Source: Perkinsus chesapeaki ATCC PRA-425 (taxonomy: Eukaryota; Protista; Perkinsozoa). Taken from it: a stretch of DNA of 56,997 bases. Under the pieces are notes generated by a model. It saw only the letters and a program-made list of their open reading frames with translations. It was not told where the DNA came from and did not search any database. Both the position numbers and the translations under genes were made by a program. Positions 35,491 through 46,718 of the stretch are shown in pieces (the stretch's first letter is position 1; every line of letters starts with the position of its first letter). The stretch spans positions 1 to 56,997 of the forward strand of contig JAAPAO010000181.1 of NCBI GenBank assembly GCA_013115145.1. The letters run 5' to 3'.

Positions 35491-38260
35491 ATGAGTGAGG
35501 TTGGAGGCAGTGGGAGTCTGGATGACTTCACAGAGCTTGCTCCACTTGGCGAGGGCGCGTACTCATCAGTGTAACGTAAACTGCTGACTGCCTTTCGAGA
35601 GTTGGCCGTGGGCAGGTATAAAGTGTTAAGGAAATCGAATAGGAAGATTTACGCGCTGAAGAAGGTGAAGCTTCCGAGTTTGTCGGAGAAAGAGAGGCAG
35701 AATTCCCTCAACGAAGTTAGGCTGCTGGCGAGCATTAAGCACGAGTCTGTGATAGCGTAAGGGCGTATAAGCCGGATGGCGGGATCGAACCGCCGACCTT
35801 CAGTTTACAAGACTGACGCTCTACCACTAAGCTAAACCGGCTTATTTTTCGAGTATGGATTTTCCTACTGCTTCTTATCTACTCAGTTACAAAGAGGCTT
35901 TCTTCGACGACCGAGCACACCAGCTTTGCATTGTCACCGAGTACGCCGATGGAGGAGATCTATTTCAAAGGATCGTAACACTTCTGATTCCATTCAACAG
36001 CGCAGCTCGGTGCTCCTGGGTCAGGTGCAGCACCAAAAATCTAGATTATATATGAGAGAGCAGGATGTCTGGCGAATCTTCATAGGAATGTGTTACGGCT
36101 TGAAGGTGAGGCGCGGATAGATTCGACTGAAAAGGAACCCGACTTAGGCACTGCATGATTTGAAAATCCTCCATAGAGATTTGAAGAGCGCGAATGTCTT
36201 CTTGACTCGCAGCGGTGATGTTAAGCTGGGTGACTTCAACGTCTCCAAAGTCGCCAAACGCGGACTGCTTTACACTCAAACAGGCACACCCTATTACGCC
36301 AGCCCTGAGGTAGGCATTCTTGCAGGCATATGTGTGTGAAGCAAGGGACTTTGTCAGGTTTGGAAGGACATGCCTTATGATATAAAAAGCGATATCTGGT
36401 CCCTCGGATGTGTCCTTTACGAAATGGTCGCGCTGCGTCCGCCTTTCCGGTGAGACTTTTGGATCTCATACCACAACATAGCAATCTTTCAGCGCGGATG
36501 ACATGGAAGGTCTTTATAGGAAAGTTTTGAGAGGGATCTTCCCTCGTATACCGCCTTGCTTCAGTCCTGATTTAACACAAGTAACATCTTCCGTCTCGTT
36601 GGCGCCGATAACCGTGTGTAGGTCATAAGTATGTTACTGGTCGTTAATCCTCATCATCGCCCCACGATACCACAACTGCTCCACCAGCCTGTCATGCAAC
36701 GTCACATAAGAGATATTCATAACGTAAACTCGTCACTAGGACCGCTAGGCTAGCAGCCACCGTTCGCAGGTTCGGAACCCCTCCGTGATGGAAGCCGACT
36801 CGGGCGGCGGAGGTCTTCTAAACACCATCAAGCTCCCTAAGAACGCCAGTGCGACCGATCTCGCTAAGTACCGAATGTTAGCCGCCTATTTCACCATCGT
36901 AACCTCCTTAGTATAATGCCAAAGCCTCGTTATGATGATGACGGCCCTGTAGATGACATGGGAAGACATCCATCTGCCGGAGTGTATGCAGCTGCATTTA
37001 AAGTGATGCTATCCCTAGTGGTATAGGTTCCAGTCATCACGGAATACTCCACCGTCTCGAAAAGATTCCGATTACGGCACCCAGCCCCAACATCCGAGTT
37101 TACCAGTGGAGCCTCACCGCTACGAGGGTTGCCCTCTATCACCCATCAAGGAGAGCAGTAGCGGTGATCTGGCCGGCGGGTGAGAGTCTCGGACGCAACC
37201 GTGACGAATGATCTGCGATCCATTAGACCACGACCAGGACCGAATAGTATACTTCACGAGCTTGATGATGCTTTGGACCGTCTGCAACAAGAGCAGCAAC
37301 ACATTAACGAGCACCGTCGGCATGCCCAACGAGAACGACAGCAGCATCAGGCGCACAGTGGCCATCGGCAGTATGTGGGTGCGGGTAGCCCTCTGGGATA
37401 TAATGATTATAATAATAGGTCAGTATGGAAATACTACTTCTGAAGTTCTTAACATTTTTCTCAGATACTATGCAGGAGGATCGAGAAGAGGGTCAGGCCG
37501 CCAAGCTGGTAGCGCCGTGTCAAAGCGGGTAAGTCTATTATCTCTAGCCGGAATGGTCTAGTTGGTCATGACGATCGCCTCACACGCGATAGGTTCCGAG
37601 TTCGATTCTCGGTACCAGTATTTGATCATATGTTTTAGTCGGTTGGAAGCAGCTACCAACGTAGTCCTCCGCAATACGGCGCCCCTAGACACTATTATGG
37701 TGGCTCCCTTAACACCCGCATTCCCGGAAGGCCTCCGCACGGTAGTCTTTACACTGTTAATCACTCTTCGAACGTTGCGTGACAGGCCCGAATGTTGCCC
37801 ATCACCCAGGGGCTCAGCAACAGCATTACGGCCTGAATCACCGCGATGGAACAGCCTCGAGAGGAAGTGAGATATGCTTCCTAGTGGCCCTTTAAACTCT
37901 CTTTAAGGTCAGCAACAGGGGCTTCCACAGATTCACGGCCATAACCCAGTATATCCTGGAGGTGAGCATATCGCATTCTGCTCACCCGGAATCACCCCAA
38001 ATGGCGCTCCTCAGGCATTCGCTACGGCGGCGGCGGAGGTGCTTACGCAGCTTATCAAGGTCATCATCACCAACGAGTAGCAAGGTAGCTGCGGCAGACT
38101 TAACGATTACCCCAAGTCTCCCCACAGTGGTGTGGCGGGCGGTCGCCGGGTTCTCGGGCCATCTCATGCTCTCGGAGTTGGCGGCATGCCCTTGCTGAAT
38201 CGTGGAAGGCCAAGAGTGAGAGGGACGCATTCTTTTGTTGTCTACCGGCGTTCAGGTTTA
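35491..38260 (+). CDS. NIMA-related Ser/Thr kinase (NEK family) with long low-complexity C-terminal tail
   Basis: LGEGAYSSV|YKV...YALKKV...NEVRLLASI...A|YKEAFFD...[10 protein letters not shown]...[12 protein letters not shown]...KLGDFNVSK...[11 protein letters not shown]|VWKD...[13 protein letters not shown]...RPT. The tail exons join in frame to a stop near 38260. Confidence 0.95.
35770..35841 (-). tRNA. tRNA-Thr(UGU), intact cloverleaf, antisense in NEK intron 35757-35886
   Basis: GCCGGTT TA GCTT AGTGGT AGAGC G TCAGT CTTGTAA ACTGA AGGTC GGCGG TTCGATC CCGCC ATCCGGC T. Confidence 0.95.
37547..37620 (+). tRNA. tRNA-Val(CAC) with two acceptor-stem mismatches, sense in NEK intron 37529-37638 (possibly pseudo)
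   Basis: D, anticodon (ATCGC CTCACAC GCGAT) and T arms (CCGAG TTCGATT CTCGG) are perfect. Acceptor is GCCGGAA/TACCAGT. Only TTT follows. Confidence 0.8.
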
Positions 38261-39441
38261 ATTCTTGCCGCGGTCTATCACTCTTGTCTATCTGCAGCTG
38301 TTATTTGCATGATTATATTTGTTCCTTTGTTGTTCAATGACTAGCTTTTGGTTATACTCATCTCAATACAGCTGTGAGATACACACAATCGAGCTCATGT
38401 CAACTGCTCTGTATATCGGCATTTCCATATCCGTACCAACTATGCAGGATTGGGTAAAATTCAACTTTAGAACAAAAAGAGCGTCATTACTAAATTAGTA
38501 ATACAAATGGCACTCTTTTCGTGCTCGTGCTAATTCTGTGTATCGCAAGATCGTTGACGAAACGGTTTAGACCAGTTGATCTGTTCCAGTGTGAAGTTTC
38601 ATCGCCTGGGAATCCCATGGCCCGGATCGGATATTACAACAGTGCACACGTCTTCTCGCCATCTCGAGAGTCAATGAATGACTATTACTTCCAGAATAAC
38701 GAAAACTAAATTCGGCTAATGAGCTAGTAACCAATAACTGATTATCATTGATTACTAAAGGATGACTTGATGAAACAGACCGTAGCTTCTGGAGTGATCA
38801 ACCTACTGGAATGCGGTCAATTCAAAGAACCTCATGCATGAGAGCATTGAGTTAAGGTCGATGAGGAGTTCTCGTTTGTTACTACAAACATTACGAATGA
38901 TGAGATGTCAAACTTAAGACGGTCTGAAGGATTCTTATTAATATTTTGCTTCCCAAGATAGTGCACCGTGCACTATCGTGCACCTTGCACGATAATATCG
39001 TTATGACATAATGTCATTGACATTAACGTGTTACAAGTGGCTTGATACGAGTTGTACATGAGGTTGGTCACTATCCCCACTAACGAAGCTCTAATCAGCA
39101 GGATTCTGAGGATAAAACTGAAATCAGGGAACCCGATGACGCTAAATACTGACACACAGTGCGAGTGCAGTAACGTAGCACAGCGCACAATACTCGCCGT
39201 TACAAACACAACTCAACATATGAGCTAAGATTTGTTACCAAAGCATATACTGAGAGAATCTATTCGGGCCGTCGCAGGGAACGCTCCAAACGAGGAAGGA
39301 TGCTCGTACGCTCTGACTTAGTCAGAGCATGCGTGTAGTCTACATGCATGCACGTAGAATGACAAGTGCGATCATACCTAGGAGCAAATCAAGCTGGGCC
39401 CAACTATACCATAAAAGTGGTGCCTCGCGAGCTAAGACTGC

Positions 39442-39897
39442 TTATTTCACAGGATGTAACTCCCAGTGTATTCCACAGTCGTTGGCATCGAAAATCATCG
39501 TACCATTTGCCAGATATGCATTCCAGCGGCAGCTTTCCGCTATACGCATCTCTCGTGCTATTCCGTTCAGACATTCGTTGGTGTAATCGTCTGTCTGAGG
39601 ATTCGAACCAACTTGGTGAAGTGGGTCGCCACTGCTCTCGGTACCACCAGCCTTACCAAAGCTTTTCGATGAGCCATAGATGAAGTGGCAGTCGGGGCAC
39701 ACTGCCTCTCCTCCCGGGCACTTTAATAGGATGTCGGCCACCATTGCCATCTCAGGTAATTCCCTCACAGTTATAAGGCAATAATATTGATCACTTTCAT
39801 CGAATCCCCCATACGTGTCGAGAGATGCCACCTCCGCTACTTGAAGGAATAAAAGGAGACCAATTACGATAACTTGAGCCAAAATGCGTGCTGTCAT
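39442..39897 (-). CDS. Secreted 6-Cys family copy 3 (divergent), intact, 151 aa
   Basis: MTARILAQVIVIGLLLFLQVAEVASLDTYGGFD-YYCLITVR-CPDC-YG-ECLN-CRWNAY-DCGIHW. Confidence 0.85.
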   Translation of the reverse strand: MTARILAQVIVIGLLLFLQVAEVASLDTYGGFDESDQYYCLITVRELPEMAMVADILLKCPGGEAVCPDCHFIYGSSKSFGKAGGTESSGDPLHQVGSNPQTDDYTNECLNGIAREMRIAESCRWNAYLANGTMIFDANDCGIHWELHPVK

Positions 39898-40418
39898 TCT
39901 CAAGTAGGTGTACGGGAAGATAACGCGTGTAACTTACGCTATGTAAGACTTCCCTCCCCAGGTGTCACTTGGTGCTCCCTGTCGTAAAGCTTTCCCGTAC
40001 TCGCACACCCCGGTTGAGCATGACATAAACTAATCTATGAAATATGTGATAGTTCATATCAACGAACTTAAGCCATCCAATGCATGCAGTCCCCAACTAG
40101 CACATATGTACGATGCATAATTGGTATTCCCTGCAGCATGCCATAGACGATTGCTTTTGTATGGCGCCAACCTATCGTAGGGTTCGGTCTGGTGGCGGTG
40201 TTCCCGATTAGTCGGGGTCATATGAGCCTCAAAAGGGTGGACAAATTATGGATCATGATTCGTTGTGAGCATCATAGTCTATATGGTGCTCGCCACATGT
40301 TCGGTAAATATAGATACGATTCCTTTGCGAACTTTACGACTTGAACGCATAGACGAAGGAGATAAGCTGGCGGCGCGGCTCGCGCGCAAAAGGCTAGTTT
40401 TCCGCATGCGTGCGCAGA

Positions 40419-41655
40419 GATGTTGGTAATCTCGTCGAGGTCTAAGCGCTCAGCAATAACTGGTCAATCTTGGCACTATAATGAGGACCTATACGTATGC
40501 GTGCGCCTGGTGTGGTGTACGGCTAGTGGTGTGAGCGCATCAAGACGGGCGATTTTATATTCGATACACGTTAGTTCTAGAAAGGTCAAAAATGATATTT
40601 TATGCGTAACAGGGTGGACCAACTCTGAACTCGACAGAGGGGAAGTGAGCAAAAAACTGCAAAAAACTGCATTCTGGTCTGTTACGCAGAATTCTGAAGT
40701 CCGCAAGTCGCAAGGGATCGAACATTACATGATGAACGAATCGCTAGAGGACTTCCCATCAGACCTCAGCTGGGTTGAGAAAGGTGCCGTTAACAGCCCA
40801 ACCCATCAGGGCACATGTGATAGCTGCTACGCGATAGGGACATTAGGTAAGAACTGGCTAACATTGAGGTTATCAATTACCACTTGATAACCTTCTTGGG
40901 TGATATCCATCATATGTCTTATCCTCTAGGTGCTTTGGAAGCAGCGTGCTGGGCTAAAACTGGTACCCTGCCGAAACTATCAATACAGCAGGTAGTTGAC
41001 TGTTCACGGGAAGAAGGCAATTCGTGAGCACTCCTACCAAAAAATATTCGTTAATAATGTTTTTGTTCTAGAGGTTGTGTATTAGGCAATCGAGAGTCAA
41101 CCATGAACTATATAATCAGGTATGGCATAGTGTCCGATGAAGACTATCCTTATGGAGACAAAGATCAACAGTGCGAGAATGACGTCGTATCTGATAAGAC
41201 CAAGCAATACTTGAAGGTGAGACCAGCTCTTGAAGAGCTGCTCTTCAATACCGACGGTTCTCATGTCGTGTGACTTTTTCAACCTGGAAATCTACGAGTA
41301 GACGATGTCGTTCTGGTCGCGGTAAACGATCTCAGAAGCCTTTTCGTGCAACTTCAAAAGGGCCCAGTAAGCATCATGGTTGACGTTGCCGCGCCTGAGT
41401 GGCAAGCATACGAGGGAGGGATTCTTGAATGTGAGTCGACGATTTTGATAACGTCGAGAATCAATGTCAGCCTTCCCTTGCGAAGCGGTTCCAAGGCACA
41501 TGGTTCTCCTTGTCGGGTAGAGAAAGGGAAAAGGCAAGTCTATCGCCCATCCTAAACTTCGTGGACTATCCGATAGTTACTGGGTTATAAGGAATAGCTG
41601 GGGCACTGGTTGGGGGGTATGCTAGGATTATCCGAGATCCCAAAGCTACACAATG
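40419..41655 (+). pseudogene. Papain-family (C1A, cathepsin L-like) cysteine protease, divergent and frameshifted near the 3' end
   Basis: SWVEKGAVNSPTHQGTCDSCYAIG|ALE...LSIQQVVDCS...DYPY...GPVSI...GGI...RHMVLLVG|YWVIRNSWGTGWG, then a frameshift before GYARI. Confidence 0.8.
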
Positions 41656-43229
41656 ACCTGGTAAGAATACTATATTTCGTCACAGATGCTGATAAGATCT
41701 AACATCAAGCATCTTGGCAAATCTCAGGCTTCTGCAATATGCTGTATTATGTGGCCTACAGAATACAATTCTCGGACTCAACTTCACCAGTTGCGTGCCG
41801 CAAAGGTAATCTAATTTCAACTATTAAACTGAGTATCCGCGTTCCCTTAGGTTCATATTAGGTGGTTATATAATCCTGATGAGGTCAGTCTCCACCAATC
41901 CTTTATATTCTCGAACGCCATGGAGTCGCGATGATTTAGAGCGCACGCGTGTGCTTTCGCTCCTGCTGTTCATCGCTTTCATCAAATGGGCTATAACGGA
42001 CCCCACAGGCCTTGACAAAGTGCTTATTGTAGTTTCATTTAGTCACTTACTGTAACCATACTACTGTTTCGGTTTAATAATGGCGATGACCTCAATTCAG
42101 ACCCTGGTGGGCACCGGATCAATGACAAGGTATTTGTTCATCGGCGGAGAATCATCGCACTTTAAGTAAGCGAGTTGAAATCTACAACACTCGTGATGCC
42201 AACAATTCCCTTGTATAAAAGCACCACGTCATTCCCGTGTATCTTGCCGCTTTTCCGCATTTCGTCTTCAGTACTCCGACGTTCAAGGAGATTGGGTGCT
42301 CCCGTCCTTATTGAGTTCACTTATTTTACAAAGGTTACTCTTTGCTTTACATTGCTAGTACTCGTCGAGTGTGCTCGCCAACTACTACTCCTTCGACGAT
42401 TCAGTTACCGCCCGGCACGTTTCGCGATTAGTGGTCTTTTTCTTCAGCCCTTCAAGGACAGGAATCGCCTACAAAATTGATCTAATTGCTAAGTCTTGGC
42501 CGCTGTCTACCAATTAGGCTTTTCGCTCTACACGTTAACCCACCTGGCTTTTATCATGTCGTGAGTACTACTCATGAGTACTACTACTCGTGAATACTCA
42601 CTGGGGCATATATTATGGAAGTCTCTCTGCTTTGAGTAATGTGAAAGATAATCGAATTGAAAGGACGATTCGGAAAATAAGTTACAACCTCTCGCTCGCT
42701 ATTGAGTATACTATTACTCTAGGTGGCAGTTCAACCCACCAGATTTGGATCAGAGGTTCAATATTCTATCTAGCTCAACCATCAGAACCATCGAGTGTAT
42801 TCTCGTTCAGTTCTATCAGAATTCACCTTGATGGTTCTAGCGAACAATTTAGAACCATTCAGACTCAGTTACCCAGGTCTTAACGACCTAGGTAACCAGC
42901 TCACGTCGGCACTTCGCTCATCACAAAAGGCTGCAACACCATTCGATGATGAGGACGGCCAAGCCTTGGGAGAATGCTCAAAAGAGATTGCCAAAGCTTG
43001 GCTTCAAGCAGACGTGAATGTCGAGTAAAGACAGATCTATTAAACCTCTTCATCATGATGGCTTCAGATGGCCCAGCTCAGGCCGGAAAATGAAGGTGGG
43101 GCAGAGAATTTATAACATTAATGATCCGAATAATACTCCGTACGACGATCCTTGATATAATCTAGCTAAGTAGGTTCTCGAAGCCAGCATATATCAGATG
43201 AAACTTGAAAGCACAGTCTGCTGGTTTAA

Positions 43230-43305
43230 CAGTGGAGCCTCATCGCTACGACTTGTGGCCCACGAGGGCTGCCCTCTGGCTAGTGGTGATCTGGCCGGCG
43301 GGTGA
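43230..43305 (+). repeat. Displaced, indel-bearing copy of a NEK exon fragment (37104-37183)
   Basis: Shares CAGTGGAGCCTCA(C/T)CGCTACGA, GGG(T/C)TGCCCTCT and TAG(C/T)GGTGATCTGGCCGGCGGGTGA. Confidence 0.8.
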
Positions 43306-44282
43306 CACTGTCAACGTGACAGGTTCTGACGCACCCGTGGCATACGATCTGCCATTTATCAGACCGCTGATTGTGCCTCTCCCTATGATGAGGGACAGGC
43401 CGTGCTGGGTACCTTTCGGGTACCTAAAACATTTTCGCAGCCCCAAAAGGGGCATTTCCACGCTCACCGTGGAGCACCGTGGCACGGTTGGTCCTTTGGC
43501 AGACTGTTAGTGGCAGTACGCGTGTGGTACTTTGGTTCCCGTTTGGTGGGGGACTTCTTCCTTCACTCCTGGGGATGTGTGCTTTGGCTGCAGTGCCGCC
43601 GCTGCACTTTCGGCCACTGCCATGATGCGTCCGTGTCTGGCCATGTCTGGGTGACTGGGTGACCCCTTCAGGAAGGGGTTACCCTTCACCCCCTGGGGTG
43701 ACAACTTCATCATGAACCCCAGTGAGGTACATGATGAAGTTGGCTGGGAAAGCAAGCCTCCTCCATTTTAACATGACTCGCATCAGGAATCGTGATGTTC
43801 CTATTTAGTTCTTCCAACCCGACTTTGTCCACACGGGGCATGTCCTTTGCAGTCGTTCAGGAAAGCGTTTAGCCTTGCATGGTCTCTGGCATTTAGGAGA
43901 AGGACTTCCACTTCCAGTGGAAGTCCACACTTCCTGGACTTCACACTGTTCCTGGGACAGTGTGAAAGTCACACTGGGACAGTAGTCACCACTTTTCCAG
44001 TGGGACAACGCTACACATTACGTGATGCCCACTGCCACAAAACACAATTCAATCATGTGGTCTGAGATTTCAGAACTTAGTTTTGTTACCAAATAATATC
44101 CTAAAAGATAGCCATTTACGACGACAAACTTATACCGGCATTTTGGAGGCATAAATGACCGTGAGCGCTTAGCTCTGACTCAGAGCCTCTGAGCGTTTAT
44201 ACCAGGTTGAATCTCCCTTATCACAGGAAACTCGAGGTCCACACAGCTCGCGCATGACGAATCAATATCTCCCAGCTGTGGA

Positions 44283-44756
44283 CTATTGCCGAAGCTCCCA
44301 ATGTGAATCGCAGGCGTCAATAATCATCTCAGGGAGAATCTTGTCATTCATCGGGTATACATTCCAGCGACAATTGCAGCCGATGTCGAAACTTCCTCCC
44401 ATTTTATTCAGACACTCGGTGGGGTCATCTTTAAAAAAATAGAAAGTACCAACTTGGTGAATTAGACTGTCACCATTCTTACTGCTATTAGTCTTGCTGA
44501 ACCCTCCCGATGAGCCGTAGGCGAAGTAGCAGTCTTTGCAAGTTGCTTGAAGGATTCCGGCGGTCAGCTTAACCTCGGCCACAATTTCCGTCTCGGAGGA
44601 CTCTTTCACAGTCATGGCGCAGAAGACGGAGTGTGTTGTATCCCATCCCGTGTATAGACCCAGCGGTACCAACGGCACCTGCATCTGCGCCAGCCGAGGC
44701 TTCAATAGGAGACCGATCACCACTACTTCAAACAGAGCGCATGCAATTTTCCTCAT
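44283..44756 (-). CDS. Secreted 6-Cys family copy 4 (B-type), intact, 157 aa
   Basis: MRKIACALFEVVVIGLLLKPRLAQ-GLYTGWD-VFCAMTVK-CKDC-YG-ECLN-CRWNVY-DACDSHW. Confidence 0.85.
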   Translation of the reverse strand: MRKIACALFEVVVIGLLLKPRLAQMQVPLVPLGLYTGWDTTHSVFCAMTVKESSETEIVAEVKLTAGILQATCKDCYFAYGSSGGFSKTNSSKNGDSLIHQVGTFYFFKDDPTECLNKMGGSFDIGCNCRWNVYPMNDKILPEMIIDACDSHWELRQ

Positions 44757-46268
44757 ACAGATATACGAGTAGTTACGCGAGATTGGATCGCCTTATATTA
44801 ACAACAGAACTGAAGGAAGAGCATCTCATATGCGTGAAGCGCCGTTCATGGTTTTGTTGTGTCCTTATTGCCTTTTTCGCAGTGACGCCGGCGGCGTCAC
44901 AAGGTGGCGCATGCGCTCCAGGACCCTGGGCAGATGAGCTACTGATGTTCGATTGAAGCAAGGAATGTGTTCAGTTTTGATATTCACTAGGCGGAGACTT
45001 AGGCGAAATCTGGTTGTACTTCTTGTTGACGTCTATTTGCCGCTAGTGGTTATACTTTATACCTTGAGTAACGTCGTCAAAGGCTCAAATGTCTACCGAC
45101 TCCATAATCTCCACAGTACGAAATTAGGACGTTTCTTCGCGTCTAACTACTGTTTCGATGTCTACGGTTATGAGCAGCTCCAAGAACGTTCTAGATACGG
45201 CTCGCCATGTGATCTAGGTAGGGAGAAAACTCGAGGCCTACTTGTTCTGGAATACCGAACAGGACCGGTTCTGAGCTGTCCCGGTCACACGGCTCTGTGG
45301 CTACCCTCGACAACTCTGGGTTATCGACCCAGAGTCTGGATTATTATTTGAGTTCACCGCATCTATAATTACATCGGGATGTGTTCCTCAGAGTCTGAGG
45401 CACAGACGGTATGGCCATTACGCCCGTCGGCCGATAAGGATTGCATTCAGGAGGATGAAGCCAGCCTAGTGAACATGGGACACTAGTAGCCCCAAGTTAC
45501 TACAGTGGCGCCATGGAGATAATTGAAACAGGAGGGAAATGCAATGATGCATTCTGATAATCGTATCCTCAGTCAGTATCACTATGGATACTGACCGCCA
45601 ATATTAGAACTAGATATCTGACGAAATAATAAACCACCGAGTACTTCAAAAAAGATCCATCCCCCAGAATCTTGTGGCCCGCGCAAGCTCACGAGTAGTT
45701 GGGGTATGGCTGTACCGTTCTCGGCTAGAGAGCAACTATGCCCAGGGTTTTGAACAATGAAAGAGATGCTATTTCCCGGCCGTACTACGGCCTTATTTTA
45801 CTACGGCCGCCGTAGCAAAATAAGGTGAATCCGGAGAACCGGTACGGTAGAATCCAGCTGCAGATGCTCAGCAATAGGGCGGTTGCTTACTTTCGAACTA
45901 GTGACTAGTTACTTGTAGTCTGTGAGTTTCCAAGAGGAAGTTTACTACTTCAAACGTTATCGAAAAAGGTTGTATGGTCGCAGCAGTACGGTCACACTGG
46001 GATAGTACCTCCACGTTACAAATTGTGTGATACCCGCTGACAGTGGGCCAGTGTGACAAACACAACCCAATAATGTGCATTAACTTTAGACCCGAAGATG
46101 TTTTTGCAAAACATATGATAAAAAGATAACCATCCAGTACGACATACTAACAACGACATAACGAAGGAAAAAAGCAAGTACTGATACGAGATTGCCAAGC
46201 TCAGCTTGGTAATGAGTACTATGTCCTTTGAAAGCCCAATAGTGATTCGCTTCAAGACTCAAGCTTGC

Positions 46269-46718
46269 TTACTTGACATGAACTAGCTCCCAGTGTGCGC
46301 CGCAGCCATCGAGAACCATCCCGCCATACTTCGCATATGCATCCCAGCGACAATCGCCACCCACACCGATAATTTCAGCTAGTTGGTTCAGACACGCAGT
46401 GGTCGGGTCCGTCGGTGGGGGAGTGAAGCCAAATTGGTAGAGCGGGTCACCACTGATTCCCCTGCTTCTATTGTTACCAAACCCATTCGACAGGCCGTAC
46501 ACGAAGTTGCAGTCGACGCAGGTTGCCCGATTAAATCCTCTCTCCAACTCAACGTCGGCCACAATTTGCATTTCAGGCGAGCTCTTCACAGTCATCTTGC
46601 AATAAAAGCGATAGTATTGATCCCAACCAACGTACTCGCCAAGGGCTGCCATCTCCGCCAGTTGAGGCTTAACTAGGATGCTGATAACTACCACTTGAAA
46701 CAAAGTGCTAAGCGCCAT
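46269..46718 (-). CDS. Secreted 6-Cys family copy 5 (A-type), intact, 149 aa
   Basis: MALSTLFQVVVISILVKPQLAEMAALGEYVGWD-FYCKMTVK-CVDC-YG-ACLN-CRWDAY-DGCGAHW. Confidence 0.85.
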   Translation of the reverse strand: MALSTLFQVVVISILVKPQLAEMAALGEYVGWDQYYRFYCKMTVKSSPEMQIVADVELERGFNRATCVDCNFVYGLSNGFGNNRSRGISGDPLYQFGFTPPPTDPTTACLNQLAEIIGVGGDCRWDAYAKYGGMVLDGCGAHWELVHVK

